The notes under the pieces were generated by a model, which was not told where the DNA came from, did no database searches, and worked only from the letters and a program-made list of their open reading frames with translations. The position numbers and the translations under genes were made by a program. A DNA stretch of 64,000 nt. Origin: an uncultured Bacteroidales bacterium (GTDB lineage: Bacteria > Bacteroidota > Bacteroidia > Bacteroidales > VadinHA17). Below are positions 29,587 through 38,540 of this stretch, piece after piece. Location: the NCBI GenBank assembly GCA_963733455.1, contig CAVTDE010000007.1, forward strand, positions 44,854 to 108,853. The letters are read 5' to 3'. Position 1 is the first letter of the stretch, and every line of letters starts with the position of its first letter.

Positions 29587-29841
29587 TTAGGATAAGTTAT
29601 TTCTATTATCTGGCACACACCAGCCTTCGTCTTCCGGACAGATCGACCAGGATTCCACAATCCCCCACTGGCTGTAAGGTCCCCAGTGCATCAGTAACCC
29701 GAATTTAATATCCTGCCATTGATCTATTCTTGTTTGAATCAATGGATTAGGATCAGGAACATAGATCTGTTCATTGTGTTGGGCAGATACTCTCATTACT
29801 GACAGGGCCAGAATAAAGAAAAGAAGTTTTTTTGATTTCAT
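29587..29841 (-). pseudogene. N-terminal remnant of a GH29 alpha-L-fucosidase
   Basis: Signal peptide plus RIDQWQDIKFGLLMHWGPYSQWGIVESW, the GH29 N-terminal block. It stops after 84 codons and no continuation appears in any frame before the next gene. Confidence 0.6.
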
Positions 29842-29970
29842 CCTGAAACAATATTACCACCGAATTTAATCAAAATTCAGGTTCTCCTGTCACGGACTCA
29901 GGTCTTTTGTATTCTGCCTTCCATCAACTCCCCCTCCCTGCCATCGATACCCATATTTCTGACATCAAAA

Positions 29971-30084
29971 GAAATACGTATTAAAAGCAGTATTTAATTC
30001 AAATAAAAGCAGTATTAAAAGCAGTATTTTATTTAATTAAAAGCAGTATTAAAAGCAGTATTTTATTTAATTAAAAACGTATAT
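29971..30084. repeat. Array of 12-mers: five exact AAAAGCAGTATT copies plus two degenerate flanking copies
   Basis: Exact copies at 29983, 30005, 30017, 30039 and 30051, arranged 1+2+2 with 10-nt AT spacers. The 34-nt unit is repeated twice. Degenerate copies are GAAATACGTATT and AAAAACGTATAT. Confidence 0.9.
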
Positions 30085-30157
30085 AATGGGCGCACATATA
30101 TATTATCGTAAGTTCTTATTTTATATAAATATCCGGATGTAATTATCTATTCAGCAA

Positions 30158-30473
30158 GGCATAGCCGTCAACTTAAGGAATAGGATACCTTATGAATCAA
30201 ACTGTATGCAACTGAGTTGCAATTATTTACATTTGGGATTGTTGAAAAAGTCTTTCTTAACCGCAAAGCACGCAAAGAAGGCGCAAGGACACAAAGTTAA
30301 AAAGTTAATAATTAGCTCTTTGCGTGCCGATAGCTATCGGCATTTGCGTAAATCCTTCGCGATCTTTGCGGTTAATGGATTTAGACTTTTTAAACACCTC
30401 AAACTTATTTAATTGTATTTCTGCTAAATATAATTCTCAGTTTAAAACTGATTCTTAAGTTGACGCCTCTGCC
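30158..30473. mobile_element. MITE-like palindromic intergenic element, full copy A
   Basis: Terminal inverted repeats are GGCATAGCCGTCAACTTAAG and CTTAAGTTGACGCCTCTGCC (17/20 complementary). Inner inverted TTAACCGCAAAG...CTTTGCGGTTAA, arms built of CGCAAAG-like 7-mers, and a 16-bp perfect palindrome GCCGATAGCTATCGGC. An inverted near-copy lies at 54578-54832. Confidence 0.65.
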
Positions 30474-30678
30474 CTGGAGGGAGTGGCTCTCCTGGGTTTC
30501 CCCCCAGATTACAGGGGAGGTATTGTGGTGGATTGAGGGGGAGAGGCCGGAATGCCAGGAAAAAGTAATTAAGCTTTGATTGCGTTAATTTGGTTTTTAC
30601 AAAAACTTAATATACCTTGAACATAAAAACTATTGTTTGGCAACCTTTAGAAACAATCCGCAATTAAAACTCAGACAT

Positions 30679-32169
30679 ATGAAAAAGAACGAGAAGACAA
30701 GAAGCCTAAAAGGGAAGAGTCTGTCGAGACGGAATTTCATCGGCACAGTTGGTGCGGCATCAGCTGCATTTACCATTGTCCCGCGTCATGTTTTGGGTGG
30801 AACCGGATATACTGCACCCAGCGACCTGATTAATATTGCAGGAATTGGAGTCGGAGGTCGTGGGGCAAGTAATATACGGGCAATAAGCGATCCTGATGAA
30901 ATTGTACAACCTCAAAAAATAAAATATGAAGACGTAATTCCTGCTCCGGCACAAAACGACACCAGATCGCAGGTAGCAAGAACGCCTATCAAGCTCGCGA
31001 ACATATATGCTTTATGTGATGTGGATGAGGAGAGAGCAGCTAATACATATAAAGGTTATCCGAAAGCGAAGATTTATAAAGATTTTCGGAAGATGCTTGA
31101 AAGAGAAAAATCAATCGATGCAGTCGTTATAAGTACACCGGACCATACTCATGCTGTTGCCTCCATGATGGCAATCAAAATGGGAAAGCATGTGTATTGT
31201 GAAAAGCCTTTAACTCATACGGTATATGAAGCCCGTGAATTGGCCAGGGCCGCAAAAGAAGCCAAAGTAGCCACGCAAATGGGTAACCAGGGGATGGCAT
31301 ATGATGCCAACAGACAGCTTAAGGAATGGCTTTGGGATGGAGCTATTGGTCAGGTACGTGAAGTGCATGCCTGGTCCAATCGTCCTATCTGGCCACAGGG
31401 TATTGAACGACCTGTGGATACTCCCCGTGTGCCTGCAACGCTCGACTGGGATTTATGGCTTGGACCATCTCCCTATCGACCTTATAATCCAGCCTATGTG
31501 CCTTTTGCCTGGAGAGGCTGGTTTGATTTCGGAAGTGGAGCCATAGGTGATGAGGCTATTCATAACCTTGCTCCGGTATTCACCTCCTTAAAACTAACCG
31601 CGCCCACACGCGTTCACGGAAGTTTTACACCCATCTTTCCGGAAACATTTCCACTTGCTTCTTTGCTTCACTTTGAGTTTCCGGCACGGGATAAAATGCC
31701 CCCGGTAACAGTTCATTGGTATGACGGAGGTCTCCTGCCCCAGAGGCCAGGCGAGCTTGATGCTGATGCTGTTAATGGTGTTTACAGTACAGATGTGCCT
31801 GATTGGGATAAAGCAAACGGAGTAATTTTTGTCGGTGACAAAGGTAAGCTCCTTTCACGTGGGGAAGGGACAAGAACACTAAGGTTCATACCTCAATCAA
31901 GGATTAATAATTACAAGCAGCCGGCTCAGACCTTACCACGTTCTATCGGGCATCACAAGGAATGGATCGAAGCTTGCAAGGGCAATGGAACAACTGAATC
32001 TGATTTCAGCTTTGCCGGGCTATTGACCGAAGCATGTCAACTCGGAAATATCTGTTTGAGAACAGGTGGTAAGGCAATCGAATGGGATTCGGCAAACTTT
32101 AAAATTACCAATAATGAGGAAGCGAATAAACTTCTTCATTTCGACTACCGCGATGGGTGGAGCTTATAA
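30679..32169 (+). CDS. Gfo/Idh/MocA family oxidoreductase with Tat signal
   Basis: LSRRNFIGTVGAASAAFTIVP, IAGIGVGGRG, VYCEKP. The ATG at 30679 is preferred over the TTG at 30637. Confidence 0.9.
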   Translation: MKKNEKTRSLKGKSLSRRNFIGTVGAASAAFTIVPRHVLGGTGYTAPSDLINIAGIGVGGRGASNIRAISDPDEIVQPQKIKYEDVIPAPAQNDTRSQVARTPIKLANIYALCDVDEERAANTYKGYPKAKIYKDFRKMLEREKSIDAVVISTPDHTHAVASMMAIKMGKHVYCEKPLTHTVYEARELARAAKEAKVATQMGNQGMAYDANRQLKEWLWDGAIGQVREVHAWSNRPIWPQGIERPVDTPRVPATLDWDLWLGPSPYRPYNPAYVPFAWRGWFDFGSGAIGDEAIHNLAPVFTSLKLTAPTRVHGSFTPIFPETFPLASLLHFEFPARDKMPPVTVHWYDGGLLPQRPGELDADAVNGVYSTDVPDWDKANGVIFVGDKGKLLSRGEGTRTLRFIPQSRINNYKQPAQTLPRSIGHHKEWIEACKGNGTTESDFSFAGLLTEACQLGNICLRTGGKAIEWDSANFKITNNEEANKLLHFDYRDGWSL

Positions 32170-32435
32170 GGAATAATGGGAAACCCTGCGGTCAGCCCTT
32201 TATTGATAAACTAGCAAATCATGAAGTTTGGCCTGAAAAAGGTTTCAAAATCAGGTCATGATAATTAGCATAACCCTGAACGCAATATCCATTCTCTCAA
32301 ACTGTTTATAAATTATCCTGAATTCCTCTGGAATTGTATAGGCCTGCCCCAGCTCAGGAATAAGAATAAGACATTGTTGACAACATTTGTCAAAAACAAA
32401 GGATTAAGACAGTTCTAATTCAAACATTTAACCTG

Positions 32436-33305
32436 ATGTCCAAAGGTGCTCATATTACTTATCTATGCGTTTTTGTTGCCGTAATTTTAATTGTCACTAT
32501 TACCGGTGCTTATTATGGTAGTTCATATTATACGGTCAGCCTTGAGGATAGGTTCTATCACCCTGATAATAAAAGCCTTAAACCAAGTGGTTATATTGGT
32601 CACAGCATGGGAATTATGGGATCTATTTGTATTATCAGCGGGGTTGGATTATATATGGCAAGGAAAAGATATCGATTTTTAAACCGGGTCGGGAAATTGA
32701 TGTACTGGCTTGAATTTCATATCTTCATGTGTATCCTGGGAACAATAATGGTTGTATTTCATACAACTTTCAAGTTAGGCGGTGTAGCTGGTATTAGCTT
32801 TTGGAGTATGGTCACAGCCCTGGTAAGCGGAGTAGCAGGGCGGTTCATTTATCTTCAGATCCCCAGGACAATTGAAGGCCGGGAGCTTGACCTTAAAGAA
32901 GTAAGGGAAATTCGAAATGACATTCTTTCGGAAATCAGGGATTCCTACAGTATGGATGAAGAAACTTTTAAATACATTTCATTTTCAATTGAAAAGAGAT
33001 CAGTAATTTACATTGAAAACAGGCATCCCCGGTTTTTGAAGAAGTCGAGGGATGACAGGAAAACCATCCACAAAATTAACAGTTTCCTCAGGCAAATTAA
33101 ATTGTCACGGTCCAAACGGTCACAGATAATGGCTCTTGTTAAGAATGATATAAGACTTGAGAGAATTTTGGAGCGGCTTGAAAGGATGAAAAACCTCTTC
33201 CGGTACTGGCATGTTTTTCATTTTCCCTTTACCATTGTAATGCTGATATTTCTGATAATACATGTGATGATAATTGCAGCCCTGGGTTATGCATGGAACT
33301 TTTAG
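32436..33305 (+). CDS. Integral membrane protein with two H-x13-H helices (possible b-type heme binding)
   Basis: 5 predicted TM helices. EFHIFMCILGTIMVVFHTTF and VFHFPFTIVMLIFLIIHVMI each carry His pairs 14 positions apart. A charged cytoplasmic coiled segment lies between them. Confidence 0.6.
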   Translation: MSKGAHITYLCVFVAVILIVTITGAYYGSSYYTVSLEDRFYHPDNKSLKPSGYIGHSMGIMGSICIISGVGLYMARKRYRFLNRVGKLMYWLEFHIFMCILGTIMVVFHTTFKLGGVAGISFWSMVTALVSGVAGRFIYLQIPRTIEGRELDLKEVREIRNDILSEIRDSYSMDEETFKYISFSIEKRSVIYIENRHPRFLKKSRDDRKTIHKINSFLRQIKLSRSKRSQIMALVKNDIRLERILERLERMKNLFRYWHVFHFPFTIVMLIFLIIHVMIIAALGYAWNF

Positions 33306-33307
33306 TT

Positions 33308-34640
33308 ATGGACCATACAATTTTCAAAATATTGTTTTATTGCTTTGCGGCATTCCTGAGTGCCTGTGTGATAATTCTTTACCTGCGCAGAAAGGCAAAG
33401 CAGTCAAAAATAACAGACGAGAAGATTGAAAAAGCTCTGGAAAATGGCCTTCATGAACCGGTTTCACTTTATCCGCATGTCGACATTAACAGTTGCATCG
33501 GTACAGGTGCATGTGTTAAAGCATGTGTTGAAAAAGACATACTGGGAATTAAAACATGGAAAAGCAGTAATTATAAATGCTGCCCGGTGTATAGGTCATG
33601 GAGCATGTTTCCATGCATGTCCCACTCACGCGATCTCCTTAAAGATCGGCACCGAGAAACGGGGTGTCGAACTCCCTCATGTCAGCAAAACCTTTGAAAC
33701 CAATGTCACTGGCATATTCATAGCCGGAGAGCTTGGCGGAATGGGTCTCATAAAAAATGCTGTCGAGCAGGGGAGACAAGCCACGGAAAACATTATCAGG
33801 TCGCTGAAAAAGGGACATGGCGCGGATTATGATATCATTATAGTAGGGGCCGGTCCGGCAGGCATATCAGCATCCCTTACCGCAAAAAAGAATGATGTCA
33901 GATTCCTCCTTCTTGAACAGGATTCCCTTGGTGGAACAGTCTATACCTATCCCCGTAAGAAAGTAGTAATGACTTCACCAATGCATCTGTCGCTTATAGG
34001 CAAAATAAAATTGTATAAGACAAGCAAAGCAGTTCTTCTGGATCTTTGGAAATCCGTCCTCTCCAAATACAATATTACTGTCCATGAAAACTGCAAAGTG
34101 GAATCGATTATCAGAACGAACACTCATATCGAGGTGATCACATATGACAATCAGATTTACAAAACTGCTTCTGTTTTGCTTGCAATAGGGAGGCGCGGAA
34201 GCCCACGTAAGCTTAATGTACCTGGCGAATTGAAGGAAAAGGTCGCTTACCGGCTCCTCGAACCTGAGGGTATCAAAGGCAAAAATATACTGATAGTGGG
34301 AGGCGGCGATTCCGCAATTGAAACTGCATTGCTGCTTGCTGATGAAAATCATGTAACAATTTCCTACAGGAATGAGGTTTTTAACCGTATCAAACCTGTT
34401 AACAACATTGCGATTAACAAAGCAGCGGCTGAAGGGAGGATAGAGTTAAGGTTTAATACAAATCTCATCAAAATAGAGGATGAAATCATAACTCTTTCTT
34501 CATGTACTGATGGCAGGAATTTAAACCTAAGAAATGATCTTGTATTTATTTTTGCCGGAGGTGAATTACCTACCCAGTTCCTTGAAAAAACGGGAATTCA
34601 GGTCACAAAGAAATTCGGCGAAACAATAATGAAACACTAG
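33308..34640 (+). pseudogene. Membrane-anchored ferredoxin-like plus FAD/NAD(P)-binding (pyridine nucleotide-disulfide type) oxidoreductase, 1-nt frameshift
   Basis: ORF 33293..33697 (TM helix plus CIGTGACVKAC) and ORF 33426..34640 (CIGHGACFHACP, IIIVGAGPAGISA, ILIVGGGDSAIE) join as ..DILGIK|HGKAVIIN.. at the A4 run 33551-33554. The span is 1333 nt (3n+1). Confidence 0.75.
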
Positions 34641-34667
34641 CATCGAAGGTTCAGGATTCAGAAACAT

Positions 34668-34708
34668 ATCGGGCGCTCTCACTCTGTTTTCTCAGAGCTC
34701 CCGGTCAC
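34668..34708. repeat. Family B repeat (inverted copy 3)
   Basis: gggcgctctcactctgttttctcagagctcccgg is the reverse complement of the ...ggg.gct.aaaacagagtgagagcg core seen at 6490 and 12700. It lies just downstream of the oxidoreductase stop. Confidence 0.5.
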
Positions 34709-34960
34709 TTTCTTATCTTCGATCTCTTTCTTTTTAGGAACCACACAAAACCTCCCTGACTTTCAGCTATGGGCAGTCCCTCCTTCACTGCAGTTCGGCG
34801 GACAAAGTGTAGGAATAGAAGTATACTCCTTTCCATAATTAAAATTAAAATATCGATATTTGATTGATCAATTTATGGAAAAGACGAGGAATCTCAGATA
34901 ATCAGTACCCAACGAAAACCGGCAACTCTGACAACTGACAGGATTTAAACCCTTATATCG

Positions 34961-35860
34961 ATGAAAAACCTATTCATTTTCAGTCTCCTTTGCTTACCTG
35001 TTCCGGCCCATTCTGCCACAGATGGAGAGCCGGCCCTAAATGATCAGATTGAAACCAGGGACAAGGTCGCCCACAATCAGGAAATTTACAAAACGATTGA
35101 TACATTCAAACTTAAGATTGATATCTTTTATACAAACCAATCGTTTGGAAGAGAGAATAATACAGCCATTGTTTTCTTTCATGGAGGGGGGTGGGCTTTT
35201 GGCACACCGGGTGAGTTTTTTACAACCTGTGAACGATATGCGAAAATGGGGATTGTGACTTTTTCGGTAGATTATCGTCTGTCAATTGAAAATGGGATAA
35301 CCCCACATAAAACGATCAGCCCGATCGAATCTGTAATGGATGCAAAATCAGCCATGCGCTGGGTCCGGGAAAATGCCGGAAAATTCCACATTGATAGAAA
35401 TAAAATAGTTGCTGCCGGCCAATCTGCAGGAGGTCACCTGGCATTATGTACAGCTATGATTGATGATTATAATGAAAAATCAGATGACCTGAGTATAAGC
35501 TGCTGCCCGGATGCTATATTGTTGTTTTCAGCATGTGTAAATGCAGTTGAGGGCTGGTGCGACCGTTTGCTGGCTGATCGAAGAACTAAAATATGGAGTA
35601 TCTCTCCGGCACATAATATAAAAGCAGGATTACCTCCGATGATTGAATTTCATGGTACGGATGATGAACAGGTTCCTAAATGGACCGTTGAGTTTTTTGA
35701 AAGCGACATGAAAAATAAAGGCAATTATTTTGAACTGCATATGTTTGAAGGAAGAAAACACTATCTGGGTGATGGGAACCCAAAGTATTCACGATACTAT
35801 GATGATGAAATACTTAAGATTGCAGATGATTTTCTACAAAAACATAATCTCCTGGACTAA
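34961..35860 (+). CDS. Alpha/beta hydrolase (esterase/lipase, HGGG type)
   Basis: FFHGGGW oxyanion motif, GQSAGGH nucleophile elbow and a signal peptide. Confidence 0.85.
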   Translation: MKNLFIFSLLCLPVPAHSATDGEPALNDQIETRDKVAHNQEIYKTIDTFKLKIDIFYTNQSFGRENNTAIVFFHGGGWAFGTPGEFFTTCERYAKMGIVTFSVDYRLSIENGITPHKTISPIESVMDAKSAMRWVRENAGKFHIDRNKIVAAGQSAGGHLALCTAMIDDYNEKSDDLSISCCPDAILLFSACVNAVEGWCDRLLADRRTKIWSISPAHNIKAGLPPMIEFHGTDDEQVPKWTVEFFESDMKNKGNYFELHMFEGRKHYLGDGNPKYSRYYDDEILKIADDFLQKHNLLD

Positions 35861-35990
35861 TACTCAAATAATCGGGCTTCAATGCCCGGGCATATGCTTT
35901 GTGATATAAAATTAATCTTAAATTTGTTTATTAAGAGCCAAATTTTATACAGCAGATCTCTTTTGTATCCACACATAAAAATTTTCAACT

Positions 35991-37196
35991 ATGGGAAATA
36001 ACAATCGCAGGGAATTTCTGAGGAAAAGTATTTTCGGACTTTCCGGAGCAGCATTATTACCTTCAAATCTAAAGATAACCCCAAAGGTATTACCATCTTC
36101 TCCTCCTGACCTTCCATCGCGCCTACTTGGAAAAACAGGCATCAAAACCCCATTAATCAGCCTGGGTACAAGTGGCGTAACAGCTCCCGGTTTTGTCAGA
36201 GCTGCATACGAAGCCGGAGTTAAAATGTTTTTTTCAGCAACCTACTATGGTGAAGGAAACAATGAAATTCTGGTCGGAGAAGGTTTGAAAGGTTTACCAA
36301 GAGAATCATTTATTGTAGGGACTGCAGCAATACCGGAAGGTATTGACACGCGTTCGGGTACCCTTCCACGTAACTTTACTTCTGATTCTTTTATGAAAAC
36401 AGCAGACGCCAGTCTTAAACGATTTGGTCTTGATCATATCGATATTCTCCTTCTTCCCTTTGCAGGTAAAAAAGAGACTGTCCTGCACGATGCTGTTTTG
36501 AGAACAATGGAACAAGTAAAAAAACAGGGGAAAGCGAGGTTTGTCGGAATTGCTTCCCACGCAGACACTGAAGAGGCTTTAAATGCCGCTGCCGGGTCGG
36601 GTATTTATGATGTGGCAATGATTGCCTATAATTTTAAATCTCAGAACAAAGGATCATTGAATGCAGCAGTTGCCAATGCCGTCAGTAAAGGCATGGGTAT
36701 TGTTGCAATGAAAACGATTGCCGGTGCTGCCCTTGACAAAGCAGGAACTGCCCTTAACATCAATGCTGCGCTCAAATGGGTTTTGCGGAATGAAAACATA
36801 TCAAGTATCGTTTCGGGTATGACATCGCTGGATGAATTGCAGAAAAACCTGTCAATGATCCAAAACCTGAAAATGACTGAGAAGGAACTAAAAGACCTTA
36901 ATATCGCAGCATCAGGTTCAGAAACCGGACTTTATTGTCAGCAATGCAGGCAATGTATTCCACAATGCCCGAATAACATTGATATTCCAACAATCATGCG
37001 AAGCTATATGTATGCATACGGGTACAGGAATATCGAACAGGCATGGTACACACTGGCTGATGCAAAATTATCAGGCAATCCATGCGTAAAATGCGATGTT
37101 TGTAGTGTAAATTGTGTGTCAGGTTTTAATGTTAAAAATAAGATCCTTGATATTGCCCGACTGAAGGATGTCCCTAAGGATTTTGTCGTGGCTTAA
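35991..37196 (+). CDS. Aldo/keto reductase with C-terminal Cys-cluster (FeS) region and Tat signal
   Basis: NRREFLRKSIFGLSGAALL. AKR-like TIM-barrel body. C-terminal CQQCRQCIPQCP and CVKCDVCSVNC. Confidence 0.8.
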   Translation: MGNNNRREFLRKSIFGLSGAALLPSNLKITPKVLPSSPPDLPSRLLGKTGIKTPLISLGTSGVTAPGFVRAAYEAGVKMFFSATYYGEGNNEILVGEGLKGLPRESFIVGTAAIPEGIDTRSGTLPRNFTSDSFMKTADASLKRFGLDHIDILLLPFAGKKETVLHDAVLRTMEQVKKQGKARFVGIASHADTEEALNAAAGSGIYDVAMIAYNFKSQNKGSLNAAVANAVSKGMGIVAMKTIAGAALDKAGTALNINAALKWVLRNENISSIVSGMTSLDELQKNLSMIQNLKMTEKELKDLNIAASGSETGLYCQQCRQCIPQCPNNIDIPTIMRSYMYAYGYRNIEQAWYTLADAKLSGNPCVKCDVCSVNCVSGFNVKNKILDIARLKDVPKDFVVA

Positions 37197-37309
37197 TAAC
37201 TTTGTCTTGCGGTCCAGGCTTCAGTTGGCTTAGAGCCACATAAATCCATCCTGTAGCGCTCCTTCAAAGCTTTCAGACATCATGTGGCAGGGACTTGTTC
37301 TCGGGGAGC

Positions 37310-38473
37310 TCAGGAATTTACAGATTTTCGGAATTCCGATGGAGTTTTGCCAGTCAGCTTCTTAAACGCATTATTAAAAGCGGTTTTTGAATTATATCCG
37401 ACCATTTCGGAGATCTCCTCTATTGTAAGTTTAATGTCGGTATCCTCAGCCAGTATCTTTTTCGCCTTTTCCACCCTGTATGTTGCCAGTACTTCAAAAA
37501 AACTCTTGTTCATTTTTTCGTTCAATGTCTGGGAGACATGATGCGGACTCTCGCCGATCTTTTTTGCAAGATCCGATAAAGATGCCAGGCTCTCTGTAAA
37601 ATATTGTCTGGTTTCAAACTCTATAAGGATATTACTAAGGATCTTCTGTTTCCCCTCCTCAGTTAGAGACGATTTACGATACTTACCTATTGAAATATCC
37701 AGGAAAGTGGCTGACCTGTCGAAATAGGTCGAATCATTCATAACCCTGAAAGTCGTTATAAAAGCAAATGCCGCAACATACATACCAATAAAATAATCAC
37801 CGGCATTTCCTTGAAAATATGCTTTTACAACAATAAATATCAGGAAGATCATAAACATATGAAAAATCACATTTCTTAACGACCTGAGAACATAGTCAGC
37901 TGTTCTGAATATCGATGATCCTGCCTCGCGTGCTTTCTTAACCAGCTTTCCAAATGAAAGTGATACATAAAACAGGATCTGGACCGCTGTCAGAATATTC
38001 AGATATTTATTTATTCCAAGAGGGTCATTCGAAATTTTTGGATGTACTTCAAGCATAGTCCAGTCGGGATGGTTGGCCGACACATACGAGTTATACTTGA
38101 ATTCATTTGACTGAATCAAATCGAAACTTAAATATATCAGATAGAGCACTGGCAAAATAAAATGAATCCACTCTTTTTTTGAACCTGACTGATCTATACT
38201 GCTCGTTATGTAGAGGTACAGAAAGGGACCGATAAGGAAATTTAATGACGCAGTAGAATAGGTAAGCGGCAGTACCCTGACTATATAACCTGTAATGTTG
38301 AGAAGCACTTCCAGAAAAATAAGCGATAATGTCAGAAGCAAAAGTCCCTGGTACCGGTTCGCTTTAATGTTCGAAGAAGGCTTAATTATGAAGAAAAGGG
38401 AAAGAATAATTCCAAGGAAGATCCCCAGAAAAATAAATACTGAAAAGCCATCTATATGGGTGTAAGTGTTCAT
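37310..38473 (-). CDS. AraC-family transcriptional regulator with N-terminal multi-TM domain
   Basis: About 7 hydrophobic helices, followed by a C-terminal HTH IEEISEMVGYNSKTAFNNAFKKLTGKTPSEFR. Confidence 0.85.
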   Translation of the reverse strand: MNTYTHIDGFSVFIFLGIFLGIILSLFFIIKPSSNIKANRYQGLLLLTLSLIFLEVLLNITGYIVRVLPLTYSTASLNFLIGPFLYLYITSSIDQSGSKKEWIHFILPVLYLIYLSFDLIQSNEFKYNSYVSANHPDWTMLEVHPKISNDPLGINKYLNILTAVQILFYVSLSFGKLVKKAREAGSSIFRTADYVLRSLRNVIFHMFMIFLIFIVVKAYFQGNAGDYFIGMYVAAFAFITTFRVMNDSTYFDRSATFLDISIGKYRKSSLTEEGKQKILSNILIEFETRQYFTESLASLSDLAKKIGESPHHVSQTLNEKMNKSFFEVLATYRVEKAKKILAEDTDIKLTIEEISEMVGYNSKTAFNNAFKKLTGKTPSEFRKSVNS

Positions 38474-38540
38474 ATACCAAAACTACTGAACTTTTTGATA
38501 TTAACTATCAGTAACAAGACATTGAAGGGCAATAGGGCTT

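Noticed and set aside
29971-30084. Possible CRISPR array
   Set aside because: The repeats are only 12 nt, partly adjacent without spacers, and the spacers are identical 10-nt AT strings. There are no cas genes, so this is a simple tandem or iteron-like array.
30206-30412. 68-aa ORF (MQLSCNYLHLGLLKKSFLTAKHAKKAQGHKVKK...) and similar ORFs at 44532..44765, 48356..48592, 48404..48586 and 48453..48656
   Set aside because: They lie entirely within the palindromic CGCAAAG-type repeat elements and are open on both strands. Their Lys/Ala/Phe-rich low-complexity products are translation artefacts of the repeats.
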